Positions 25,451 to 34,417 of a DNA stretch of 51,348 nt are shown here, piece by piece. The position numbers and the translations under genes were made by a program. The stretch comes from Candidatus Woesearchaeota archaeon (GTDB lineage: Archaea; Nanobdellota; Nanobdellia; Woesearchaeales; WAPJ01), in the NCBI GenBank assembly GCA_047602885.1, contig JBLKOQ010000004.1, forward strand, positions 1-51,348, read 5' to 3'. How positions within the stretch are numbered: the stretch's first letter is position 1; each line of letters starts with the position of its first letter. A model generated the notes under the pieces. That model was not told the origin of the DNA, did not search any database, and saw only the letters and a program-made list of their open reading frames with translations.

Positions 25451-27286
25451 TTAGTCTGAAAAGTCTATTTTTGCATGCAGTTCCAATAGCATGGCAGCGC
25501 TCCATGACTGAGCCCAGCATCCTCTAGGCTCTTGTACCTTAAAGCTTGTAATCTCACTGCAATATCCTATTGTTCCTTGTTCCGAAAGGTCTATAATGGC
25601 AGCATCATATATTTCTCTTGCAATATCTCTGTACTTCTTCCTGTTCAAGTCTAATAATGATATGGCGGCTATGCTATTAATATAATACCAGCTATCCCCC
25701 CTATGATACGACTTGTTATTTATTCCAGTATGATAAGACTCAAATAATTCGCTTTTAGGACTGATGCTTGCAAACAATCCTTTAACATCCTTATTATAGA
25801 TATCTTCGATTGTATTGTCAAACGCATCTTCCCATTCCTTCTTTTCTAATAGTCTTGGACTGTAATAGTATGCGAGGAATACGTTAGGAGTAATATCTTT
25901 GGCAGGACTGTTATCGATTGTTATATGGTCTGATATTATGCCGTTGTTTATGAATTTCTTTCCTACTTTTTTCTTTAGAGCGTCTTTCTTTTTTCTATAC
26001 TTTGCCTTAACAGTCTCTTTCTTTTCTGTCTTTTCCATAAAAGAGTATGCCCTGTGCATTAGTGCCTGTATCTCTATGCAAGCGCCCCTCCTAAACTCAT
26101 TATCCCCTGTATCCATCCATGTCTCTAGTGTTTCACTCCATACCAAGCCTTCCCTTGTATGATCTGACTCTAATCTCCTTATTATCCTTCCAGCTATAGT
26201 CCTAAGGCTCTTTCTTTCTGTTTGACTAAAGCTATCATAAGCCTCGTCAAGCCTCATTATTGCTATTAGGGGAGCGTCTATGCTTCTTAGTATTCCTTCA
26301 GGTATGCTCATAGTATCCCTGTCAGTATGCCTTAATAGGCTGCTGATAATTTCTTTATACTCTTCTATTAGTCCTGCCAGCCTGAGTCCGTGTAGACTAA
26401 TGCCAGTGTCTCGTGACCAGCTCTGAAAGAACCAGGGTATTCCTGCCATCATAGTATAATACTTCTTTTTCATGCCAGACTCTAGCGTTACCGATTTTAT
26501 ATGATGTCCGAGCATTGATATTAGCATGCCTGAAAGGTCATTAATGCTGTTTTGCATATTATCCTCGTCAGGAGCGCTTTCTATGAAAGACTCAGGATGG
26601 TCTTCGGCTATTATTATCCTGTGCTGGCTAATGAACCTAAAAGGGGCATAACCATAATGGCTTTTTATTGTCTCTCCACGCCTCTCGTCATGTCCATCTT
26701 TAAACTCATGCCACCATTCTATCCTCTCAACCTGCGCATCGTCTTGCGCGCTTTCAAACATTATCTTATAATGGGTATCGAGATCATACACATCAGTTTC
26801 CTCTCCTCTCTTAGTGAAGTCTATATTGTATGACTGACATTTAGAATACCTCTTTTTCCTCTTTTGGTCATGATATTCACTAATATTGTAATTTTTATGA
26901 AAAGCTCCTATATCGTAAGGATGCCTAGTATCAAGCCATATCGTCCCAGTAAAAGACCTGTTAGCGTGTATTACCAAACTGTTAACACTCTTGTTCCTGC
27001 TGGTAGCGCATTTAACCGAGTACCTTATTATTAATCCTGACTCGTATACGATTATTGCTTCGGTAGGCCTTATGTGAGTTTGGACTATGGGAGAATGCTC
27101 TTCTATATCTATTCTATCCATTATTTTTACTGGATATACGTTGACTCCCTTGTTCTTGTAGAATGTAAGTCCATCATACCTTGATGACTCTTTTAATGGG
27201 ATGCTGAATGTAGCGCCTTTTCTCATAATCATTATCCTGTCAGGATTAGCATTTTCTATCCTATTACCGGCAATATACCATTCCAT
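25451..27286 (-). CDS. Glycogen debranching enzyme, archaeal type (amylo-alpha-1,6-glucosidase, GDE_C domain)
   Basis: WFFQSWSRDTGISLHGL..., GDSWYYINSIAA..., CWAQSWSAAMLLEL: (alpha/alpha)6-barrel GDE motifs. Confidence 0.85.
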   Translation of the reverse strand: MEWYIAGNRIENANPDRIMIMRKGATFSIPLKESSRYDGLTFYKNKGVNVYPVKIMDRIDIEEHSPIVQTHIRPTEAIIVYESGLIIRYSVKCATSRNKSVNSLVIHANRSFTGTIWLDTRHPYDIGAFHKNYNISEYHDQKRKKRYSKCQSYNIDFTKRGEETDVYDLDTHYKIMFESAQDDAQVERIEWWHEFKDGHDERRGETIKSHYGYAPFRFISQHRIIIAEDHPESFIESAPDEDNMQNSINDLSGMLISMLGHHIKSVTLESGMKKKYYTMMAGIPWFFQSWSRDTGISLHGLRLAGLIEEYKEIISSLLRHTDRDTMSIPEGILRSIDAPLIAIMRLDEAYDSFSQTERKSLRTIAGRIIRRLESDHTREGLVWSETLETWMDTGDNEFRRGACIEIQALMHRAYSFMEKTEKKETVKAKYRKKKDALKKKVGKKFINNGIISDHITIDNSPAKDITPNVFLAYYYSPRLLEKKEWEDAFDNTIEDIYNKDVKGLFASISPKSELFESYHTGINNKSYHRGDSWYYINSIAAISLLDLNRKKYRDIAREIYDAAIIDLSEQGTIGYCSEITSFKVQEPRGCWAQSWSAAMLLELHAKIDFSD

Positions 27287-27300
27287 AAATTATAACCCGA

Positions 27301-28449
27301 CTATTTGGAACCCCTAAGGTGGTGCGCCGCTCTTTCAGGGCTTATGTCATTAACTATTAGCCCTCCTCCTATTTCAAGTCCCGCCCATGTCTGTCTACGA
27401 GGCAGTATCTCTATGTGAAAGTGCAGTCCCGAAAATTTTTCTTTGTATGCTTTTGTTAACGGCTCATAATGTACTACCAAGTTATAGTGCAGTCCAATGT
27501 TCTTGAGCCTTTTTACAACGTATAGTATGGCATCTGACAATCCTTCATAGTCTTTTGGCAGGAATTCCTGGAATGAGCTCTTATGCATCCTGCTCATTAT
27601 CCATGTCTCAAAATTGTATCGTGAAGCGTACGGCGCAAATACAATAAATGACTTATTCTCATAAATGAATCTTGGACCCTTCTTTTCTGCCTGCAATACA
27701 TCACAATAGACGCATCTTCTCCTGCTCCTGAAATACCTGCTGCTCTCGCTTATCTCCTCTTCCACCCTGGGAGGTACGAACGGCAGTGCTATCAGTTGGC
27801 TGTGCTCATGTATTATGCTTGTGCCTGCCCTTGCGCCTTTATTTTTGAATACCAGAACATATTTTATGCCTTGGATATCATGATGTCTTTGTATCTCCTG
27901 CCCATAAACTTGTAATAATGATTCGAGCTGTTTAGGCGTAAAGTCTTCTATGTTCCTGTCTTTCTGGTTGGTTGCCACTATAACTTCATGAAATCCTTTT
28001 GCAGGTTTTGACTGGAAGAGAGCATCATATTTTTTGGGACCTTGATCTACAGGGGTAAGGTTGAACAATGGATACTTATTTTCGAACCATCGCATAGTCC
28101 ATTTCTGCGGACTGCCAATTCTACCTATCTCCATAGGTGTTTTGTCCTCATTTCCAGGAAGGAAAGGATCATCTTTTTTTTCTTTAGGCTCTTTTTCTTT
28201 CATGGCGTATTCATGAGGCCTTTTAGACCTGTTGTCTGCTATGAGTACTTCAAAATCAAGCATGTAATCCTTTCTTATCTCATGAACAGGTTCTATTTCT
28301 GGAGGCTCATCTTTGTTCTTCTTATTATTCTTTTTGCTACTCACAATATTAGTATTAACCTTCTTTTTAGGAGTTTTTGCAGATGTCTTTTTTTTTGAGC
28401 TATTTTTTTTAGCAGTTTTTTTTACAGCCATACCCCACTTTAAAAACAT
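27301..28449 (-). CDS. galT: Galactose-1-phosphate uridylyltransferase-type nucleotidyltransferase (HIT superfamily) with a ~55-aa Lys/Ser-rich N-terminal extension
   Basis: CVYCDVL, HEHSQLIALP (H-x-H-x-Q), HFHIEILPR. The N-terminus reads AVKKTAKKNSSKKKTSAKTPKKKVNTNIVSSKKNNKKNK. Confidence 0.85.
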   Translation of the reverse strand: MFLKWGMAVKKTAKKNSSKKKTSAKTPKKKVNTNIVSSKKNNKKNKDEPPEIEPVHEIRKDYMLDFEVLIADNRSKRPHEYAMKEKEPKEKKDDPFLPGNEDKTPMEIGRIGSPQKWTMRWFENKYPLFNLTPVDQGPKKYDALFQSKPAKGFHEVIVATNQKDRNIEDFTPKQLESLLQVYGQEIQRHHDIQGIKYVLVFKNKGARAGTSIIHEHSQLIALPFVPPRVEEEISESSRYFRSRRRCVYCDVLQAEKKGPRFIYENKSFIVFAPYASRYNFETWIMSRMHKSSFQEFLPKDYEGLSDAILYVVKRLKNIGLHYNLVVHYEPLTKAYKEKFSGLHFHIEILPRRQTWAGLEIGGGLIVNDISPERAAHHLRGSK

Positions 28450-28677
28450 AGCTCTTTAATAAATTTCTGTAATTACTATGGAATTAATATTTTCTCATTA
28501 TAGATTCATTTTACAACATTTTTGCTTAACAACATCTTTACTATCTTTTTCTCGACTGATAAAACATTGTATCACCTGCAAATCCAAAACATTTATATAC
28601 TTAATTCATCTGGTTTCTTAAATGATAGTTTAAAAAACAAATTGACCGCCGGTAGCCGGTCAATGCTAGTGAGCAGA

Positions 28678-29910
28678 ATGAATGTACTTATGTTTGGATG
28701 GGAGTTTCCCCCGCTGGTGTCCGGCGGACTTGGGACTGCCTGTTATGGGCTCACTAAAGGACTTTCTGATGATGGCATAAATATAACATTCGTAATGCCT
28801 AATGCCCCAGGCAATATCAAATCTCATGTCAGGATACGTTCAGCCTCTAAGGATCACTGTACAAATTGTAAGGAGATTAGGATAACCACTACGCTACGTC
28901 CTTATATGAGCGCAACTTCTTATAGCGAAACATGGAACAAGACAATGCATAGCAACAAGATGTCCTCACTATACGGAAAGAATCTTTATGATGAAGTCCA
29001 TAGATATGCAAGAGAAGCAGGTGCTATTGCAAGGGAAGAGGATTTTGATATTATCCATGCTCATGACTGGCTCACGTACAAAGCAGGCATACACGCTAAA
29101 CTGGTTACAGGAAAACCCCTGGTCGTACATGTCCACGCTACCGAGTTCGACAGGACTGGGGGTAACTGCAACCAGTACGTGTATGACATAGAAAGGGAAG
29201 GCATGCATATGGCAGACCATATTATAGCAGTAAGTGAGTATACCAAAAAAACAATATGCACTCATTATGGCGTATCGCATGATAAGATTACTGTAGTCCA
29301 TAATGGCGTGGACAATGGTATTAACGTTCCATACGCGTATGACAATCCTTTTGCTGGCAAGAAAGTGGTATTGTTTTTAGGAAGGCTTACTCTGCAGAAA
29401 GGCCCAGAATATTTCTTGCAGGCTGCAAGCAGGGTAGCTAAGAGTGATCCTGAAGCAGTATTTGTGATAGCAGGTGATGGTGACAAGATGCATGAGTCTA
29501 TAGAATTGAGTTCCAGACTAGGAATATCTGATAAGGTATTCTTTTCAGGGTTCCTTACAGGAGAGGATGTTCACAGGGCTTATAGGATGGCTCATGTTTA
29601 TGTCATGCCTTCAGTCTCTGAGCCTTTTGGCATTACCGCTCTAGAAGCGGCCGCTAATGGAACTCCTGTAATTGTTTCCAAGCAGTCTGGAGTCAGCGAG
29701 GTAATGAAACACGCCCTAAAAACAGATTTTTGGGATGTTGACAAGCTATCCTCATACATTTCATCCATATTAAGGTATCCCAGCCTTAAGAGCACATTGT
29801 CTGTGAATGGACAATCAGAGATTTCCATGATAGACTGGAAGAGCGCTAGCAAGAAGACTATAAGCGTTTACGATAAACTATTATCAGGTTATAGCAGGGC
29901 GTATACATGA
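28678..29910 (+). CDS. GT-B glycosyltransferase (GT4/GT5-like), probable glycogen synthase
   Basis: MNVLMFGWEFPPLVSGGLGTACYGL..., HAHDW..., SEPFGITALEAAANGTPVIVSKQSGVSEV. The tracked start at 28522 is TTG with a non-homologous leader; ATGs at 28663 and 28678 fit the family N-terminus. Confidence 0.8.
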   Translation: MNVLMFGWEFPPLVSGGLGTACYGLTKGLSDDGINITFVMPNAPGNIKSHVRIRSASKDHCTNCKEIRITTTLRPYMSATSYSETWNKTMHSNKMSSLYGKNLYDEVHRYAREAGAIAREEDFDIIHAHDWLTYKAGIHAKLVTGKPLVVHVHATEFDRTGGNCNQYVYDIEREGMHMADHIIAVSEYTKKTICTHYGVSHDKITVVHNGVDNGINVPYAYDNPFAGKKVVLFLGRLTLQKGPEYFLQAASRVAKSDPEAVFVIAGDGDKMHESIELSSRLGISDKVFFSGFLTGEDVHRAYRMAHVYVMPSVSEPFGITALEAAANGTPVIVSKQSGVSEVMKHALKTDFWDVDKLSSYISSILRYPSLKSTLSVNGQSEISMIDWKSASKKTISVYDKLLSGYSRAYT

Positions 29911-31133
29911 CAAGGGTAATGCTTTATTTCCAGCTCCACCAGCCTCATAGGCTATCAGATTACAGGATTTTTGATATAGGCAGTGGCAAAGACTATTTTG
30001 ATGATGGGATGAACAGCCTAATTGCCAACAAGGTATCGTCTAATTGTTATATACCCGTTAGCAATATGCTATTAAAGCTGTTAGAAGAGATTCCTACATT
30101 TTCTTTTGCTATGAGCATATCAGGAGTCCTTATAGAACAGTTAAGAGAATATAATGATGAGGCGTATAATGCTATCTCACAACTCGCGTCTCATGATAGG
30201 GTAGAATTATTGTCTGAAACATATTATCATAGTCTATCATCATTGTTTGACGCGAAAGAATTCAAGTTTCAGGTAAATAAGCACAGGGATATGATAAAAT
30301 CATTGTTTAATAAGAGCCCTGTGGTATTCAGGAATACTGAACTATTGCATTCCAACAGTATAAGCAGTCTAGCCAAAGAATTGGGTTTTAAGGGTATAAT
30401 TGCTGAAGGGTGTCATGGGACTATTGGCGATAGGAGCCCTTATCATGTTTATGAGACTAATGACCATTTACCTCTTATTCCTAAAGCGAGCAAGCTCTCT
30501 GATGATATAGCATTCAGGTTTTCTAATAAGGATTGGGCTCATTGGCCTTTAACTCCCCAGAAATATTATTCGTGGCTCAAAACAATCTCAGAGTCTGGCG
30601 ATACTATTAATATCTGTTTTGACTATGAAACGTTAGGAGAGCATCATCCTAAACAATCAGGGATTATGGATTTTATGGCACAGGTCATAAGACTGGTATC
30701 TAATGACAATAATATCGGTTTTGTAACTCCCACTATGCTTATAGAAAATGTTGCGCCTATAGGAATATCCGATGCTCCAGATATCACCAGTTGGGCTGAT
30801 AAGGAGAGGGACGAGTCGGCCTGGCTTGGCAATGAACTGCAGATTACTGCTGCAAACACATTATATTCTCTGAAAGACAATGTATTGGCTACCAATAACG
30901 ATAAAATAATGGAATTATGGCGTAAATTGCAGACATCAGACCATTATTATTATATGAGTACCAAGAATATGCTTGACGGCTCTGTCCACAAATATTTTTC
31001 TCCTTACGAGAGTCCTTACGACGCTTTCATGAGGTATATGAATGTAATGGAAGACTTTAGGACAATGCTATTAAGACACAATATGAGCAGCAATGAAAAA
31101 ACAGACAATCTTTCACTCAAGAGTATTGACTAA
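29907..31133 (+). CDS. Glycoside hydrolase family 57 (alpha-amylase/glucanotransferase-like)
   Basis: MLYFQLHQPHRL..., FDYETLGEHH... The start overlaps the upstream stop (ATGA). Confidence 0.8.
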   Translation: MTRVMLYFQLHQPHRLSDYRIFDIGSGKDYFDDGMNSLIANKVSSNCYIPVSNMLLKLLEEIPTFSFAMSISGVLIEQLREYNDEAYNAISQLASHDRVELLSETYYHSLSSLFDAKEFKFQVNKHRDMIKSLFNKSPVVFRNTELLHSNSISSLAKELGFKGIIAEGCHGTIGDRSPYHVYETNDHLPLIPKASKLSDDIAFRFSNKDWAHWPLTPQKYYSWLKTISESGDTINICFDYETLGEHHPKQSGIMDFMAQVIRLVSNDNNIGFVTPTMLIENVAPIGISDAPDITSWADKERDESAWLGNELQITAANTLYSLKDNVLATNNDKIMELWRKLQTSDHYYYMSTKNMLDGSVHKYFSPYESPYDAFMRYMNVMEDFRTMLLRHNMSSNEKTDNLSLKSID

Positions 31134-31160
31134 CTTTTTAATAATGTATAGGAATAAAAT

Positions 31161-31556
31161 ATGGCATACAATAAGATAATGGTAAGGAAGAATATGGAAA
31201 AGAGCATAGATGTTCTTAGGAGAGTGGATGAGGATGAAGCATTCTGGCTATGCTCTAATGTAATAGTCCATTCTCTTGAAGAGCTGGCTTTCGAGCTCTC
31301 AAGAGTAGAGGATAATGTCTTCAGATACCATATACATAGGAACAGGAATGATTTTGAGGAATGGATTAGGGACTGTATAGGCGATAAGGAACTTGCAAGG
31401 GATATTGCAAGGGTTAAGACTCGTGATACCCTGGCAAAGAAGATTGAAGCCAGGCTTGATGTATTAAAGAGCAGAAACCAGAGTCCAACCAAAAGAGCTA
31501 TAAAGCTGAGCAGTCATTATAAGAGGATAGGCAAGGTTAAGAGCAAGACGCGATAA
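31161..31556 (+). CDS. Small protein of unknown function, paralog A (F-x-YH...RNDF-x2-WI-x2-CIGD domain)
   Basis: AFWLCSNVIVHSLEELAFELSRVEDNVFRYHIHRNRNDFEEWIRDCIGDKELARDI. Confidence 0.55.
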   Translation: MAYNKIMVRKNMEKSIDVLRRVDEDEAFWLCSNVIVHSLEELAFELSRVEDNVFRYHIHRNRNDFEEWIRDCIGDKELARDIARVKTRDTLAKKIEARLDVLKSRNQSPTKRAIKLSSHYKRIGKVKSKTR

Positions 31557-31561
31557 TAGGG

Positions 31562-32257
31562 GTGGTAATAGTGAAAACACAGGAACTGATAGATGTGGGG
31601 GTTAAGCTTCTCTCTGACGTAAAGGACGAACATATATTTCATGCTGTTGATGGGAGGATACTCCAGAACATACATGATTTGGTGGCTCTTCTTGATACTA
31701 TACAAGACGAGCATTTCTATCATCATGTAACTCAGGACAGGAATGATTTTGCATTGTGGATAGAGAATTGTATAGGCGACCTTGACTTGTCCCTTAAGAT
31801 TAGGGATGCTCCTGACGCTCAGGCTGTCAAGGAAATTATAAAGCAGCGTTTAGAGGCTGTGGAAAAAGCATTGCTAGACTATGAGAATGAGACTATAAAA
31901 AAGAAAGAGAAGAAGTCCAAGGCGAAGAGCAAGATTAGTGTTGATTCTAAGCCAAAAAAGAAGAGGAAATCGAAGAAGAGCGAAGAGCCTGTTCCTGAAG
32001 AGGCCGTATTCGGCCATTCTGATATTCTTGGAGAGATAGAAAGGGCTATTAACGAGACTAAGGATAGAACTATAGCTTTAGAGAAAGCCATTATTGACAA
32101 TGAGACTGCTATAGATGCTGTGCATGCTGCTAGCCAGAAACAATCATCAGGAGTTACCGAAAAGAAGTTTTATTGGGGAGACTTCCTGATAGGTTTTGCT
32201 TTTGGAACAATACTTGGCATTATTGCTACAGCCATATATTATGGTTTTATGCTATGA
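31562..32257 (+). CDS. Paralog B of the same unknown domain, plus a Lys-rich linker and a C-terminal TM helix
   Basis: IFHAVDGRILQNIHDLVALLDTIQDEHFYHHVTQDRNDFALWIENCIGDLDLSLKI; KKKEKKSKAKSK...KKKRKSKK; GDFLIGFAFGTILGIIATAIYYGFML. Start is GTG at 31562 or 31571, after GGGGTGG. Confidence 0.55.
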   Translation: MVIVKTQELIDVGVKLLSDVKDEHIFHAVDGRILQNIHDLVALLDTIQDEHFYHHVTQDRNDFALWIENCIGDLDLSLKIRDAPDAQAVKEIIKQRLEAVEKALLDYENETIKKKEKKSKAKSKISVDSKPKKKRKSKKSEEPVPEEAVFGHSDILGEIERAINETKDRTIALEKAIIDNETAIDAVHAASQKQSSGVTEKKFYWGDFLIGFAFGTILGIIATAIYYGFML

Positions 32258-32910
32258 GAAAACAATTGATAGCATCCAAGGTACTCTCATTATTAAAATC
32301 AGAGTATCCTGATGCTACTGTAAGCCTATATTATAATAATGCTCATGAATTATTGTTCGCTGTCATATTGTCTGCGCAGTGCACTGATGAGCGTGTCAAT
32401 AGCGTCACGCCTATGCTCTACAAGAAGTATCCTTTGCTAGAAGACTATGCTAATGCCAAACTAACTGATATTGAGAATATCATAAAAAGCACAGGTTTCT
32501 ATAGGCAAAAAGCAAAGAGCATTAGGGACAGTGCCAGAATCCTAATAAGTGATTATTCAAGCAGTATTCCAAGAACCATAAGAGAGCTAATATTGCTTCC
32601 GGGAGTTGGACGGAAGACTGCTAATGTTGTATTATCAACATTGTATAATGAAAACCAAGGAATAGTAGTAGACACTCATGTCAGGAGATTGTCTTTAAGG
32701 ATAGGTCTTACTAAGAGCAAAAACCCTGTAATCATTGAACAAGACATAATGAAGCTCTATCATCAAAAGGATTATGGCGTGATAAGCTTATTGCTTATTA
32801 TGCACGGCAGGAGTATATGCAATGCACGCAAGCCAAAGTGTGGAAATTGCATAATATACGATTATTGTAAGTACGACAAGAAAGACCATTACAAAAACAG
32901 GACATTATGA
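32254..32910 (+). CDS. nth: Endonuclease III (DNA glycosylase/AP lyase)
   Basis: LFAVILSAQCTDERVN..., LPGVGRKTANVVL (HhH-GPD), and a C-terminal C-x6-C-x2-C-x5-C cluster (CNARKPKCGNCIIYDYC). The ATG at 32254 overlaps the upstream TGA. Confidence 0.9.
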   Translation: MRKQLIASKVLSLLKSEYPDATVSLYYNNAHELLFAVILSAQCTDERVNSVTPMLYKKYPLLEDYANAKLTDIENIIKSTGFYRQKAKSIRDSARILISDYSSSIPRTIRELILLPGVGRKTANVVLSTLYNENQGIVVDTHVRRLSLRIGLTKSKNPVIIEQDIMKLYHQKDYGVISLLLIMHGRSICNARKPKCGNCIIYDYCKYDKKDHYKNRTL

Positions 32911-32967
32911 TATATTCAGAGATAGAATCCGAAAGGTATAAATATGATTCAGTAGTTTTCATTCTTT

Positions 32968-33195
32968 ATGGTAAAATACAAGATTGTTTTCGATAGGGAT
33001 AATTGCATAGGAGCATACGCCTGCATGGCTATAGCGCCTGACACCTGGCAGGAAGGGGATGACGGAAAAGCCATACTCGTAAAAGAATTCTTTGATGATG
33101 AAGAACTAAAATTACAGTTGGAATCAGCAAGGGCATGCCCTGTAAATGTGATAAAGATATATAATGAGGAGACAGGAGAAGAAATCCCACTATAA
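32968..33195 (+). CDS. Small ferredoxin-like protein (single Fe-S cluster type)
   Basis: DRDNCIGAYACMAIAP...ARACPVNVIKI in 75 aa. Confidence 0.7.
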   Translation: MVKYKIVFDRDNCIGAYACMAIAPDTWQEGDDGKAILVKEFFDDEELKLQLESARACPVNVIKIYNEETGEEIPL

Positions 33196-33210
33196 TACTA
33201 GGTTATAGTT

Positions 33211-34368
33211 ATGACAAACCATTATTTTACTTCTGAGTCAGTAACCGAAGGTCATCCTGACAAGATATGCGACCAGATATCTGATGCCATACTAGACGAT
33301 TTGATACGGCAGGATAATACTTCAAGGGTGGCTGTGGAATGCCTTACTACTACTGGACTAATAATGGTTGCAGGAGAGGTTACTACTGAGGGGTTTGCTG
33401 ATATTCAGAGGATAGCAAGGAATACTCTAAAACAGATAGGATATACTGACCCTTCATTCGGGATAGACTATCAGGATGCATGTGTCTTGACTGCTATTCA
33501 CGAACAGAGTCCCGACATAGCATTGGGTGTTGATACAAAAACTAATAATAGTGGCGAGCAGGGTGCGGGCGACCAGGGCATAATGTTCGGGTTCGCATGT
33601 GACGAGACTAGTGAAATGATGCCGTTGCCTATAATGCTTGCCCATAAGCTTGCCATAAGGCTTGCTGAAGTTAGGAAGAAAGGTATTATCGGCTGGCTTG
33701 GCCCTGACGGGAAAGTGCAAGTTACTGTAGAATACAATGATGATATTCCTCTAAGGATTGAGAGTGTGGTAGTGTCATGCCAGCACAAAAAGAATACTGA
33801 CATTTCGATTATTAGGAACGAAGTTATTAGCAATGTAATAATGCCTATACTAAAGGGTATGGTTGATACTAATACTGTATATCATATTAATCCTACAGGC
33901 TCTTTTGTGATAGGAGGGCCTGAAGGTGATACCGGACTTACGGGCAGGAAGATTATTATAGACACTTATGGAGGTTATTCCCGTCATGGGGGAGGCGCAT
34001 TTTCTGGCAAAGATCCTAGCAAGGTTGACAGGAGCGCAGCTTATGCTGCAAGGCACGCTGCAAAGAACATTGTAGCAGCAGGTCTAGCAAGGAAGTGTGA
34101 ATTGCAGTTGAGCTATGCGATAGGAGTTTCTAAACCAGTATCATTAAGGATAGATACTTTTGGCACTGGAACTGTAGACGACAAAATAATTCTTGAGGCT
34201 GTCAGGAAGACTTTTGATTTTAGTCCTGCTGGTATCATAAAGAATCTTAGGCTGTTAAGGCCCATATATCAAAAGACTGCCTGTTATGGACACTTTGGCA
34301 GGAACGACGATGATTTTTCTTGGGAGAAGACTGATATGGTTGATATTCTCAAGCAGAATATTGGCTAA
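33211..34368 (+). CDS. metK: S-adenosylmethionine synthetase, bacterial/eukaryotic MetK type
   Basis: [79 protein letters not shown]. Nearly collinear with E. coli MetK as I remember it. Confidence 0.95.
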   Translation: MTNHYFTSESVTEGHPDKICDQISDAILDDLIRQDNTSRVAVECLTTTGLIMVAGEVTTEGFADIQRIARNTLKQIGYTDPSFGIDYQDACVLTAIHEQSPDIALGVDTKTNNSGEQGAGDQGIMFGFACDETSEMMPLPIMLAHKLAIRLAEVRKKGIIGWLGPDGKVQVTVEYNDDIPLRIESVVVSCQHKKNTDISIIRNEVISNVIMPILKGMVDTNTVYHINPTGSFVIGGPEGDTGLTGRKIIIDTYGGYSRHGGGAFSGKDPSKVDRSAAYAARHAAKNIVAAGLARKCELQLSYAIGVSKPVSLRIDTFGTGTVDDKIILEAVRKTFDFSPAGIIKNLRLLRPIYQKTACYGHFGRNDDDFSWEKTDMVDILKQNIG

Positions 34369-34370
34369 CA

Positions 34371-34401
<31 letters not shown>

Positions 34402-34417
34402 TATGCTTCAGGCATCA

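Noticed and set aside
28522-28677. TTG-initiated 52-aa N-terminal extension of the glycogen synthase ORF
   Set aside because: The family N-terminus (M-x-VLMFGWEFPP) starts at the ATG at 28678. The extension is AT-rich and promoter-like, containing TTTATATACTT.
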